Source: Candidatus Bathyarchaeia archaeon
Lineage (GTDB): Archaea > Thermoproteota > Bathyarchaeia > 40CM-2-53-6
Length of the DNA stretch: 64,000 nt
Direction: 5' to 3'
Assembly (NCBI GenBank): GCA_049513715.1
Contig: JBEKVV010000003.1
Coordinates: 352,001-416,000, forward strand
Below are positions 48,961 to 58,593 of the stretch, piece by piece; positions within the stretch are counted from its first letter, which is position 1, and each line of letters starts with the position of its first letter. The notes below the pieces were generated by a model. The model had not been told where the DNA came from and did no database searches. It saw only the letters and a program-made list of their open reading frames with translations. The translations under genes and the position numbers were made by a program.

Positions 48961-49842
48961 ATGTCGTTCGGATCATCGTACATGACACTACCAGAATTCC
49001 AATACATGAGGCCAACGTCACTCCAAGAAGCTCTTCAACTACTCGACGAACACAAGGATGAGGCCAAGATTATGGCTGGTGGCGTTGGCTTGCTGGCGTT
49101 CATGAAGGAACGCCTAGTCAGCCCAACGTATGTCGTGGACATTAAAGGAATCAAGGAGCTTGAGACTCTCCGTGACGAGGGTTCCAAAGGAGTGTCGATC
49201 GGCGCGACTCCATCACTCAGCCAATTACTCGACTGGCCTCCACTGAAAGAAAAATATCGAGCGTTGTATGATTGCGTCTCTAAACTAAGCGACCCAGTCC
49301 TGCGAAATCGGTCGACCCTTTTGGGCGACCTCTGTGAGGCGCTGCCTTTCGTTGACTCACCAACTCCACTCTTGATCTTTGACGCAGAAGTCGAGGCTGC
49401 CAGCGTAAAAGGAAGAAGAAGGATACCTGTGAACGAATTCATCAAAGGCCTCGCCGAGGTCGCTCTCGAACCCAACGAGATTGCCGTGGCCGTGCATCTC
49501 AAACCCCCACCCGAGAACTCCAAGAGCCTATTCCTAAAACACACATCGAATAGCGAATTCAGCGTGGTAAACGTAGCCGCACTTTGCGCGAATCCTTCTC
49601 GCCCCGAGGACCGAGTTGTCAGATTCTCTTATGGGGCACTTGCTCCGGCACCAACTCGAGTTCACGAAGTAGAAGAAATTTTCAAGCGCAAGGCTTCAGT
49701 CTCCCAGCTCATAGACGACGCAGTTAATGCCATCAAGAAGTCGGCGGACCCCATGACAGATGTTCTTGCGAAAGCAGAGTATAGAGCGCACATTCTCGAA
49801 GTGTTAGCTGTAAGAGCGCTCGGCAAGTTGTTGGGAGAGTGA
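48961..49842 (+). CDS. Mo-enzyme FAD subunit (CoxM-like, diverged motifs)
   Basis: MAGGVGL, LRNRSTLLGDLC.A.P..D, PMTDV.A.AEYR. Confidence 0.88.
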   Translation: MSFGSSYMTLPEFQYMRPTSLQEALQLLDEHKDEAKIMAGGVGLLAFMKERLVSPTYVVDIKGIKELETLRDEGSKGVSIGATPSLSQLLDWPPLKEKYRALYDCVSKLSDPVLRNRSTLLGDLCEALPFVDSPTPLLIFDAEVEAASVKGRRRIPVNEFIKGLAEVALEPNEIAVAVHLKPPPENSKSLFLKHTSNSEFSVVNVAALCANPSRPEDRVVRFSYGALAPAPTRVHEVEEIFKRKASVSQLIDDAVNAIKKSADPMTDVLAKAEYRAHILEVLAVRALGKLLGE

Positions 49843-49846
49843 GAAG

Positions 49847-50383
49847 ATGACTCAAACGATTGACATAACGGTTAACGGTGCACGAAGGAAAGTCGAAACC
49901 AAGGACAACGCACTCCTGCTCGACCTAATACGGGACAAAATAGATGTGAAGAGCGTAAAAGCAGGGTGTTGGCGAGGAGAGTGTGGCCTTTGCACAGTTT
50001 TGCTCGATGGAAAACCAGTGAAGTCCTGCCTCGTATTGGCTGTGGAAGCGAACGGAAGAGAAGTCAAGACAGCAGAAGGACTAGCGCCAGAAGGACAACT
50101 AGCCCGCATACAGCAGTTGTTTGTTGAGAAAGGGGCAATGCAATGCGGCTTCTGTACGCCCTCCTTTGTGCTAACCGCATACTACTCACTTCAACGCAAT
50201 TCGAACCCAACCGAGCAAGAAATCAGAGAATTCCTGAGTGGCCACATCTGCCGCTGCGGAACCTACAAACAAATCATTGAAGCAATTCTAGAATATGCGA
50301 AGGAAATGAGGCAGGAGGAAAAGATCCCATTGCCTCAGCCCCCTCGTAAGAAGAAAGAAATGAAAAATGAGCAATCCCGCTAG
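49847..50383 (+). CDS. Mo-enzyme 2Fe-2S subunit (CoxS-like)
   Basis: GCWRGECGLCT, QCGFCTP, ICRCGTY. Confidence 0.93.
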   Translation: MTQTIDITVNGARRKVETKDNALLLDLIRDKIDVKSVKAGCWRGECGLCTVLLDGKPVKSCLVLAVEANGREVKTAEGLAPEGQLARIQQLFVEKGAMQCGFCTPSFVLTAYYSLQRNSNPTEQEIREFLSGHICRCGTYKQIIEAILEYAKEMRQEEKIPLPQPPRKKKEMKNEQSR

Positions 50384-50482
50384 AAGACGAACATCCGCCT
50401 ATAATCTAGACTTATCAGCGGTAGAATTCTGCCGAAGCTTACAATAAGCCCAGAATGGAGTGTTTTCAGATAGGGCACCGGT

Positions 50483-52105
50483 TTGAAAACCAATCTTCAA
50501 GCACGCAAGAAGGAAGAGCTACCTCCTCCAGTTTTTGCCACAGATTCCGGACTGTCCGTAAAGCCCCTCTACACAGCCAAGGATGCTACCCCAAACAGTC
50601 TTGATGAACTCTCCGCTCCTGGAGAATTTCCATACACCCGCGGAATATACCCTACGATGTATAGAGAAAGGCTGTGGACGATAAGGCAGTATGCAGGATT
50701 CGGAAGCGCGGAAGAGACCAATCGTCGATTCAAGTACCTCATCACCCAAGGACAGACTGGTCTGAGCATTGCTTTCGATCTTCCCACTCAGCTAGGCTAC
50801 GACTCAGACCATCGCAAGGCTGGAGGTGAGATCGGAAGAGTTGGCGTTCCTATCTCTTCCCTGAAAGACATGGAAACGCTATTCGATGGTATCAAGCTCG
50901 ATCAAGTCAGCACATCCATGACGATCAACGCCACGGCCCCCATCCTACTCTCAATGTACGTTGCCGTCGCGGACCAACAGGGGTTAAACAGTCAACTCTT
51001 GCGAGGAACCACTCAGAATGAGATTCTCAAGGAGTATGAGGCCAGAAACACCTACATCTACCCACCAGGCCCCTCGATGAGGTTGGCAGTAGATCTGATA
51101 GAATACTGTGCGAAAGAGGTTTCCAAGTGGTATCCAATCAGCATTAGCGGCTATCACATGAGAGAAGCCGGCGCGAACGCGATCCAAGAAATCGCATTCA
51201 CGTTAGGAAACGCGATAGCCTACGTGGACGCGTGTCAGCAGCGAGGGTTGAAGGTTGATGATTTCGCACCAAGGCTATCCTTCTTCTTTACCTGCACGAA
51301 TGATTTCATGGAGGAAATAGCGAAGTTTCGCGCGGCCCGACGCCTTTGGGCGCGCATAATGAAAGACAAGTACCATGCAACAAAACCTGAATCCATGATG
51401 ATGCGCTTCCACGTACAGACGAGCGGACAGACACTCACCGCACAGCAACCAGAAAACAACATAATCCGAGTGACCTTGCAGGCGCTGGCGGCAGTCTTGG
51501 GCGGAACACAATCACTCCACACGTGCTCTAGGGACGAAGCACTTTCGCTTCCCACAGAGGAGTCTGTGAAGATTGCCCTAAGGACTCAACAGATCATTGC
51601 TCACGAGTGTGGTGTGACCCACACCGTTGACCCTTTAGGAGGATCCTACTACCTCGAATCCCTCACCTCGCAATTGGAAGAAGCAGCACAACGTGAACTA
51701 GAACGAATCGATGGAAAGGGAGGAATGGTCAAAGCGATAGAATCGGGGTACGTTCAAAGAGAGATTCAGCAAAGCGCATACGAGCACCAGAAACTCGTGG
51801 AAACTCAGAAGAAAGTCATCGTTGGGGTGAACAAATTCGCGGAAAATCAAGAACTAGGCATTGGAATTCATCGCATTACACCTGACATGACCGAAAATCA
51901 ACTCCGACGCCTAAAACGAGTAAAGCAATCTCGTGACGATCAGCAAGTTACCAAAGCATTGCAGAGAATCAAAGACGCCGCATCGCAGGATGAGAATCTG
52001 ATGCCGCACATAATTCAAGCGGTCAAAGCGCTATGCACAACAGGGGAGATCAGCGACTCGTTGAGGACGGTCTACGGAGAATATCACCCTCGCCCAACTT
52101 TCTAG
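50483..52105 (+). CDS. Methylmalonyl-CoA mutase, substrate-binding (large) subunit
   Basis: PGEFPYTRG, WTIRQYAGF (Tyr specificity residue), AFDLPTQLGYDSD, SMTINA, QNEILKEY.AR, ISISGYH. Confidence 0.95.
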   Translation: MKTNLQARKKEELPPPVFATDSGLSVKPLYTAKDATPNSLDELSAPGEFPYTRGIYPTMYRERLWTIRQYAGFGSAEETNRRFKYLITQGQTGLSIAFDLPTQLGYDSDHRKAGGEIGRVGVPISSLKDMETLFDGIKLDQVSTSMTINATAPILLSMYVAVADQQGLNSQLLRGTTQNEILKEYEARNTYIYPPGPSMRLAVDLIEYCAKEVSKWYPISISGYHMREAGANAIQEIAFTLGNAIAYVDACQQRGLKVDDFAPRLSFFFTCTNDFMEEIAKFRAARRLWARIMKDKYHATKPESMMMRFHVQTSGQTLTAQQPENNIIRVTLQALAAVLGGTQSLHTCSRDEALSLPTEESVKIALRTQQIIAHECGVTHTVDPLGGSYYLESLTSQLEEAAQRELERIDGKGGMVKAIESGYVQREIQQSAYEHQKLVETQKKVIVGVNKFAENQELGIGIHRITPDMTENQLRRLKRVKQSRDDQQVTKALQRIKDAASQDENLMPHIIQAVKALCTTGEISDSLRTVYGEYHPRPTF

Positions 52106-52111
52106 AGGCGA

Positions 52112-52516
52112 ATGCGCATGAAAATTGACCACATCGGTATTGCAGTAAAGAACCTTCAGGAAGCTCTCAGGCAGTATGAGAAGATTCTGAACAAGCCGGA
52201 TGTCCAAATCGAAGAGGTCCCTTCTGAGAAGGTGCGTGTTGCAATGATTCCTGTCGGCGAAACACGCATTGAATTCCTTGAACCCCTTAGTGACGAGAGT
52301 GCAATCGCGAAATTCATCGCCGAAAAGGGTGAGGGGATTCACCACATTGCGCTTGCTGTTGAGGACGTCAAAGGTGATATAGGAAGACTTTCAGAGGCAG
52401 GGCTCCGAGTTCTCTACCCTGAACCACGACCGGGCTCTCATGGGAAAATGATTACCTTCATTCATCCAAAGTCCGCGAAAGGAGTATTGCTTGAACTCTG
52501 CCAACTCCCGAAATGA
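52112..52516 (+). CDS. mce: Methylmalonyl-CoA epimerase (VOC family)
   Basis: IDHIGIAV, IEFLEP, GEGIHHIA, FIHPKS.KGVLLELCQ; next to the mutase. Confidence 0.92.
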   Translation: MRMKIDHIGIAVKNLQEALRQYEKILNKPDVQIEEVPSEKVRVAMIPVGETRIEFLEPLSDESAIAKFIAEKGEGIHHIALAVEDVKGDIGRLSEAGLRVLYPEPRPGSHGKMITFIHPKSAKGVLLELCQLPK

Positions 52517-52571
52517 GCGGAACTCATTATATTCCACTCGAACAGGGAACTGAGGTTACCAGGTCTCGGCT

Positions 52572-53138
52572 TTGCCCTCTAAAACTCAAGAGAGTAAGCG
52601 CGTCGTTTTCGTCGCACACTGCCTCTTGAATCAAAACGCGAAAGTCGCGGAGTTTGCCCGATATCCAGGTGTCGTATCCCCAATAATAGAGTTAGCCCGC
52701 CAGAAGGGCTACGTGGTTGAACAACTCCCTTGCCCCGAACTTCTCGCAATGGGCATTACGCGGTGGTGGACGACTAAGGACATATACGACAATCCGGGCT
52801 ACCGGCGGCATTGCGCTGGGCTTGCCAAATTCACTGCGGACATCATTGAGCGATATTCAAAGAAGGGCTTCGATGTCAGGCTAATAGGATTGGACGGCAG
52901 CCCGTCAAGCGGAGTCAGATTCACAGGAACATCTGAACCAATCTGGGGCGGCAGACCCAGAGCAACAGTTGAAGAATACAAGATCGTCCCCGGCAAGGGC
53001 GTCTGGATTGAAGAACTCGAAAAAGAACTCCAACGCAGAGGCCTCCCGCTTCCCAAAGCCACCGGTGTTCCCATGGATGACCCAAAATTCAGCATGGAAA
53101 AGTCAGTTAAGGAAATCGAGGATTTTCTGGAGGAATAG
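52572..53138 (+). CDS. DUF523/TudS-related (putative thio-nucleobase desulfidase) protein
   Basis: HCLLNQNA, QLPCPEL, GLDGSPSSG (canonical SPSCG), GKGVWIEEL. Confidence 0.78.
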   Translation: MPSKTQESKRVVFVAHCLLNQNAKVAEFARYPGVVSPIIELARQKGYVVEQLPCPELLAMGITRWWTTKDIYDNPGYRRHCAGLAKFTADIIERYSKKGFDVRLIGLDGSPSSGVRFTGTSEPIWGGRPRATVEEYKIVPGKGVWIEELEKELQRRGLPLPKATGVPMDDPKFSMEKSVKEIEDFLEE

Positions 53139-53141
53139 GTA

Positions 53142-53537
53142 GTGGAAATCAATTTTGGCGACGCACGATCCTTCAAGATGGCGGTCGTTGCAGACTACTA
53201 TGTGAATCCGCAAAGCTACCCGAAACTTCCCAAAACGAACACTGTCTACGAGCAATTGCGCGATGCGGGATACGGGATAATCAAGATGCCCCCCTCTTCA
53301 ATGGTCGGAAAAGATCTGAAGGAGTGGATTATGACGACGGTTGATCAGATTCAGGAATATTCGAAACGGGGGTTCCAGGTCCTTTTGCTAGGAGCCGAAG
53401 GAATAACTGGCAAGGGTATATGGATGCCTGAAATGAAGAAGGAAATTTCGAAACGAGGAATGCCTAACCCGAAGTTCACCGTTCTGACGAAGGACCAGTT
53501 TCAGAGGCCCGAAGCCGTCCGGTCAATGCTAGAATAG
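53142..53537 (+). CDS. Cys-free degenerate paralog of the preceding DUF523 protein
   Basis: DQIQEYSKRGFQVLLLG..G..GKGIWMPEMKKEISKRGMPNPK vs DIIERYSKKGFDVRLIG..G..GKGVWIEELEKELQRRGLPLPK. Confidence 0.7.
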   Translation: MEINFGDARSFKMAVVADYYVNPQSYPKLPKTNTVYEQLRDAGYGIIKMPPSSMVGKDLKEWIMTTVDQIQEYSKRGFQVLLLGAEGITGKGIWMPEMKKEISKRGMPNPKFTVLTKDQFQRPEAVRSMLE

Positions 53538-53584
53538 CATCCACCCTTCCCCGCCTAAGACGCCCCTTTACGCGACCAGCGTCT

Positions 53585-53758
53585 TCAGAGTATCTTTGAG
53601 AGTATGTCTTCGTACTCTTTCTCAAGTTTCGGTGGTTTCTGCCATGAGACTTGGGCCACGTCGACACCCTGAGCTTCCAAGGCATCCTTGAACAATTCAA
53701 GCCCAATGTTGATGACCTTCAGCTCCGAGCTGAAGAGCCGCAGAATATTCTCAGACAT
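53585..53758 (-). CDS. Small FdrA-domain protein (57 aa)
   Basis: Not in ORF track. MSENILRLFSSELKVINIGLELFKDALEAQGVDVAQVSWQKPPKLEKEYEDILSKIL carries the VIN.GL..F...L..Q..V..V.W.PP motif; GGAGG SD upstream. Confidence 0.85.
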   Translation of the reverse strand: MSENILRLFSSELKVINIGLELFKDALEAQGVDVAQVSWQKPPKLEKEYEDILSKIL

Positions 53759-53773
53759 GCACTCAACCTCCTT

Positions 53774-55393
53774 TTAGAATCCCGCTAGGAAATGCGCGTA
53801 GATATCCTTCAAGACCTCGTCCTTGAGGGTTTCTCTTTTGGCTATCATGGCACCCGTGATGGCCATGATGGCATTGGTTCCAAAGAGGTGAACTCCTGCC
53901 TTGCTCAATTTCGCTTGTTGATCTGAGAGGGGCTGTGGATCCTGCTCCGTTCCACAGACGTGCGCCAGAATCGGGAGAGCTCTGCCGTCTGTCTCTGCCA
54001 TGCGCTTTGCATCTGCGATAGCACTCAGCATCGCGCCTGCGGGATCTGCGTGAGAGCCATACCCGAGCATGATGTCCATGAGAATCACGGCAACCTCAGG
54101 GTCCTTCGCCTCTTCGACAAGCCTCATCCTGCGAATGGTCGGATCGATCATCGGGTGAGCTCGGCCCGCTGTAAATTCTTCCTCCCCCAAATCTACTATT
54201 GAATCCTTCACGCTCTGGTTAGAGTCAACCAGTTTCAGTCGAGAGTCGAGAGGAGCGTTAGAATACACGTCGCCAATCATGCGACCAAGCAGTATGAGTG
54301 TTTCGTATGCGAGTGTTCCACCGGTGTAGAGGCCTCGGATATACCGCTGCTTCTCATTCAAATCTTTAGACGCTTCTTCAGCAAGCGACTTCAATTCGCC
54401 TTGCGTTGGGGCGAATTTTCTTATGATCTCAGTCTGACGAGCAGGCTCAGCGCTACGAATTGCTTCTGAGAAAGCGGCGTGGAGAGTCTTTGTTCCCTTC
54501 ACGCGCGAGCGTGCGTCTGCAGGAATATCGTAGTTCTCGGGTCCAAGAAAGCAGGTGACATACTGTTTCTTGGTGTGGCGAGTAATGTGTTCGAGCATGA
54601 GAAGTTTCACATTCTGATCCGGTGGTTTCGACACAACAACAATCGTGCTTGTCTCGGGATTCTTTTCCAGTGCGTCGATAGATTGAAGCATCATTAGCCC
54701 TCCGATCTTTGCTTTGACGTCTCCGCCGCCTGTCCCTAATCCTTCCGATACGCCTATCCCCGCCTCGCTTAGCAGGACGCTGACCTCTTGCAGACCAGTT
54801 CCTGCTGCCGCAACGATCCCGATCTTGCCTCTCTTGATGACGTTAGCAAATGCGATCGCCTTACCTCCGATAAGCGAGGTTCCGGCTCCAGGTCCCATAA
54901 CTAGCAACCCTTTGGATTTCGCGTGCTGCTTGAGTTCGAGTTCATCCTCTGGCGGAACATGGTCACTGAACAAATGGACGCTGATGCCTTTGTCAAGCAG
55001 CCTGATCACGATGTCTCTGGCATATTCTCCAGGAATGGAGACAATCGCCAAGTTGGCGTCGGGCAGAGCTTTCAGGGCGGCGTCAACACTGTAGTAACTA
55101 CGCCCCTTAATCTCAGGCGGCTTGAGAACGATTTCCTCGACCTGCTGCAGGCCCTTCTCAATTGCGGATTCTGTGTCAGCAATCACGGCAAGGATCATAT
55201 CATTTTCAGTCGCTGCTTTCCCTTCGCCGGTCAAGAGGCCGAGTTTGGTTAGTATCTCCTTGTTAGTCGAAGTTCCCATGACCACTGCGGCGTCTTTGAT
55301 TCCCCCAATCTTCTTGGCTTCTTCGGAAAGGTGGAGGAGCTGGACTGAATCTCTGTGGAAATTTTTCTTCACAACATTTCTAACTAAGATCAA
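53774..55393 (-). CDS. fdrA: FdrA (AllF/YahF)-like acyl-CoA synthetase family protein
   Basis: RDSVQL, VMGT..NK..L, NLA.VS.PGEYA, FSD.V, MGP..GT, GTGLQE, SKPP, GLY.GGTL, DLG.EEFT.GRAHPMIDP, CGTEQDPQ. Confidence 0.9.
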   Translation of the reverse strand: MILVRNVVKKNFHRDSVQLLHLSEEAKKIGGIKDAAVVMGTSTNKEILTKLGLLTGEGKAATENDMILAVIADTESAIEKGLQQVEEIVLKPPEIKGRSYYSVDAALKALPDANLAIVSIPGEYARDIVIRLLDKGISVHLFSDHVPPEDELELKQHAKSKGLLVMGPGAGTSLIGGKAIAFANVIKRGKIGIVAAAGTGLQEVSVLLSEAGIGVSEGLGTGGGDVKAKIGGLMMLQSIDALEKNPETSTIVVVSKPPDQNVKLLMLEHITRHTKKQYVTCFLGPENYDIPADARSRVKGTKTLHAAFSEAIRSAEPARQTEIIRKFAPTQGELKSLAEEASKDLNEKQRYIRGLYTGGTLAYETLILLGRMIGDVYSNAPLDSRLKLVDSNQSVKDSIVDLGEEEFTAGRAHPMIDPTIRRMRLVEEAKDPEVAVILMDIMLGYGSHADPAGAMLSAIADAKRMAETDGRALPILAHVCGTEQDPQPLSDQQAKLSKAGVHLFGTNAIMAITGAMIAKRETLKDEVLKDIYAHFLAGF

Positions 55394-55550
55394 TTCGCGA
55401 AGTCACGCCTAGGGTTAAGCACGTCACTCAACTGAAATCCGGAAGCCCCCTGCGCGTAATTAATGATTAGCCGTGATTTCAATTCGCACGATTGAGAGTT
55501 CGCCAAAATCAACTTATATCCTGGCTGGGCTCAGCGAGCGGGTGGTTCTT

Positions 55551-56834
55551 GTGGCCTCGCGTAATCCTGCTGAAATCAAGGATGAAATCGAGAAGGCCAA
55601 TCAACTCGCAGTTACTAGAATGATGGATTCCGACCCATTCTGGGTTGGTATTGGACTCGCTCGAAAAGTCATAGCAGGCATGAAAGAGAAGATGTTCCTC
55701 CACGCTGGACCCCCCATTGAATGGGACGGGATGAGTGGGCCGATGAAGGGGGCCATCATGGGTGCTGCGATTTACGAAGGTTGGGCGCGGGATGGAGTTG
55801 AGGCGGAGAAGCTCGCGAAATCCGGCCAGATCACATTCGCTCCAAATCACCACTATGACGCGGTAGGCCCCATGGCTGGTGTAATATCCCCAAACATGCC
55901 CGTATACATTGTCAAAGACCGAAAGCACGGCTACCAGACGTATTCAAACCTGAACGAAGGAATCGGGAAGGTCCTGAGATATGGCGCCTATTCAAGCGAA
56001 GTAATCCAGAGGCTGGCCTGGATGCGCGATACTCTCGCAACAACCCTCGACTCGACCCTCAAGGAAATCCTGAAAGACAAGGAGGGAGTTGCCATGAAAC
56101 CGATAATCACTCAAGCTTTGACAATGGGCGACGACTGCCACAACCGATACAACGCCGCAACATCACTCTTCCTCAAAGAGATCACGCCCTACATGATGAG
56201 CACTGGAATCGACAAGAAGACACTGATCGAGGCTTTCAATTTCATGAGCCAGAACAATTTCACGTTGCTCAACCTAGGCATGGCGAGTGGGAAGGCCATC
56301 ACCTTAGCCGCTCACAAAATCAAGTACAGCACGATTGTGACGGTGCTTACGAGAAATGGAACCGATGCTGGAATTTGGGTGAGCGGCCTTGACAATGAAT
56401 GGTTTACCGCTCCTGCCCCTGTGCCGAAGGGTGTCTGGTTCCCAGGGTTCACTGAAAAGGACGCTAACCCGGACCTAGGAGACAGCGCAATAACGGAAAC
56501 AGCCGGATATGGTGGCTTCGCAATGGCCGCTGCACCAGGCATCGTTTCCTGGGTTGGCGGAAGCGTCGCCTACGCCGTTGAGAACACCCAGAAAATGTAC
56601 GAGATCACCTACACAAAGAACAAGGATTTCATAATCCCGTTCCTCGACTTCCAAGGAACACCAACAGGAATTGATATTCGCAAAGTCGTTAGGACAGGAA
56701 TCACACCGACAATAAACACCGGAATAGCTCACAAAGAAGCTGGAATCGGACAGGTTGGCGCAGGCATCGTAGCTTTCCCAATGGAAACCTTCAAACAAGC
56801 ACTCAAATCGTACGCGCAGAAATACGGCCTCTAA
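55551..56834 (+). CDS. DUF1116 protein (YlbE/AllG-like)
   Basis: LHAGPP, VGPMAG, LNEGIGKVLR.GAY, MGDDCHNR, DANPDLGDSAITET, PTINTGIAHKEAG.GQVGAG; GTG 55551 follows TATA (55512) and GGGTGG SD. Confidence 0.92.
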   Translation: MASRNPAEIKDEIEKANQLAVTRMMDSDPFWVGIGLARKVIAGMKEKMFLHAGPPIEWDGMSGPMKGAIMGAAIYEGWARDGVEAEKLAKSGQITFAPNHHYDAVGPMAGVISPNMPVYIVKDRKHGYQTYSNLNEGIGKVLRYGAYSSEVIQRLAWMRDTLATTLDSTLKEILKDKEGVAMKPIITQALTMGDDCHNRYNAATSLFLKEITPYMMSTGIDKKTLIEAFNFMSQNNFTLLNLGMASGKAITLAAHKIKYSTIVTVLTRNGTDAGIWVSGLDNEWFTAPAPVPKGVWFPGFTEKDANPDLGDSAITETAGYGGFAMAAAPGIVSWVGGSVAYAVENTQKMYEITYTKNKDFIIPFLDFQGTPTGIDIRKVVRTGITPTINTGIAHKEAGIGQVGAGIVAFPMETFKQALKSYAQKYGL

Positions 56835-56840
56835 GGACCA

Positions 56841-57755
56841 GTGTTGCGAACACGTATTCACGCGATCCATGTTGGCCGACTAGCAGCGCAAGCACTCTCA
56901 GGTCCCGGGCCAAGAGACATTGGAGAAATAGTCGCGGCCTTTCCAAATTCATTCTACCTGAAAACTAGGGATCATGAACTCATCTTCGTAACTAATCGCG
57001 AGTTGAAATCTCCAATAACGATTAATCTTAACTCAAAAGCAGACCTGGTTCAGATTGCAAAACCATCTGAAGTTGTGTCTCTGCTTGAAAATGAAATTCG
57101 AATAGGCGAATTAGGATCCATTGACCTTAATGGAGCATCATCATACGAGCGCTATCTGGTCCCCCAAGTTAACCAATTCGCGGTGGCTCGAGAGTCACTC
57201 CAACTCGGATCACTGATTCTAATGATAGTCGACACACATCTTAGTGTGCTCGACCCTGCTGGCTTCGCGTATTCTGGCGCCCTTGAATTTGTTTCAAAAG
57301 GTGTCGTCCCATTTCGTCGGTCGGGTGACGCGGAGCATTTCTGTGATGCAGCCCGGAAAATTGTGGGTTTGGGTGGGGGATTCACACCATCAGGAGACGA
57401 CTTGCTAGGCGGTTTCCTCGCAACCTACAACTCGTTTGCACAACAAAAGGGTGGCCAGATAGTCCTGTTAAATTTCGACCTCATCGAGAGCAAAACGAGT
57501 TGGATAAGTGCGAAACTGTTGGACTATATGCAACGACGTGTACTCGATGACCAAATCAGCGAACTGATACGCTCTGCTGCCTCAAGCGATACAGACAGCT
57601 TTATTGTGGCTTTGGAAACTCTGCTGCCGAGGGGCCACACTTCCGGAATTGACATTCTGGTTGGAGTAATCCTTGCTCTCAGCTTGACGTATGACATTCA
57701 ATCGAAAACGAATGAAACGCGCGCTGTTGCTGATAGGTTAGGGTTGCTATCTTAG
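56841..57755 (+). CDS. DUF2877 protein (YlbF/AllH-like)
   Basis: VGLGGGFTPSGDDLLGG, TS.IS...L, GHTSG.D...G. Confidence 0.88.
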   Translation: MLRTRIHAIHVGRLAAQALSGPGPRDIGEIVAAFPNSFYLKTRDHELIFVTNRELKSPITINLNSKADLVQIAKPSEVVSLLENEIRIGELGSIDLNGASSYERYLVPQVNQFAVARESLQLGSLILMIVDTHLSVLDPAGFAYSGALEFVSKGVVPFRRSGDAEHFCDAARKIVGLGGGFTPSGDDLLGGFLATYNSFAQQKGGQIVLLNFDLIESKTSWISAKLLDYMQRRVLDDQISELIRSAASSDTDSFIVALETLLPRGHTSGIDILVGVILALSLTYDIQSKTNETRAVADRLGLLS

Positions 57756-57842
57756 AACTCGTCCGTTTGGCTTTACCAATTCTGAACTCATGTCGGAAGT
57801 TCTAAAAGCATGCCTAGAAAACGTCCTCTTGGAGTTATGTTT

Positions 57843-58565
57843 ATGTCGTTTAAACCTCCATGCCCGGTTACGCTTACTGAAGTCAAAATAAACGTCGAAG
57901 ACTTGGAACCAATTCTGCGGCCTCCAGAATCACCTCTTCTTGCTAGACCTTACAGTCCGAGGCTGCTCAAGCTTCCGGACGGCAAGAGAATGGTCGTCAG
58001 GATGGCAACGGCCGAAGACACCGATGTCATTCTGAAGACCACGCGCTCCATCATGGATGAGGAGAAGGACTTCTACGACTTGGTTTCGTCCAGGGTTTAC
58101 GGGGAAGTTCTCTCGCACAAGAGGAAACGTGTCAAAGATTACTATTGCCTCGTTGGAGTCCTTGAAGGAGAACTCGCGGCCATAGCCAACGCCCGACTGT
58201 GGGACGAGAAGGTCGCCATCAGCCTTCACACAATGACCTTCAAACGCGGCGCCGGGATAGGCGCACTCATGTACCTAGCGAAAATGGAGCATGCCTTCGA
58301 AAACCTCGGCGTCGAAGAATGGTGGGCCACATACGAGAGCTACACAGGAATCCGGTATTGGGGACTAGGCCTAGCACAGTTCCAGAAACCCTACCCACAA
58401 ATTCAACACGAGCTGGGCGGCGCCAGAGTCTTCTTCAACACCAAAGACCAATGGTACAGTTTTGTAAAACCAAAATACGAAAAACGCCTGGGCGAACGCC
58501 CCGTGCCAGCCGACTTACTCAAACAATCTCAAAACCCGAAACAACCAGCACACATAGACCTCTGA
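57843..58565 (+). CDS. GNAT-like N-acyltransferase associated with the FdrA/YlbE/YlbF module
   Basis: VVR.AT.ED, EKDFYD.V..RVY.E.L, SLHT...RG.GIG, AT.ES..G; ATG 57843 after GGAG (alternative 57810). Confidence 0.72.
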   Translation: MSFKPPCPVTLTEVKINVEDLEPILRPPESPLLARPYSPRLLKLPDGKRMVVRMATAEDTDVILKTTRSIMDEEKDFYDLVSSRVYGEVLSHKRKRVKDYYCLVGVLEGELAAIANARLWDEKVAISLHTMTFKRGAGIGALMYLAKMEHAFENLGVEEWWATYESYTGIRYWGLGLAQFQKPYPQIQHELGGARVFFNTKDQWYSFVKPKYEKRLGERPVPADLLKQSQNPKQPAHIDL

Positions 58566-58575
58566 ACCTCCCGCT

Positions 58576-58593
58576 GAGCGCCTCAAGGCGCTC
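58576..58593 (+). terminator. GC-rich hairpin downstream of GNAT gene
   Basis: GAGCGCC-tcaa-GGCGCTC 10 nt after the stop codon. Confidence 0.3.

Noticed and set aside
42217..50383. Aerobic CO dehydrogenase (coxG/L/M/S)
   Set aside because: Large subunits have AYRGFG and AMRGFG, not the Cu-binding AYxCSFR loop.
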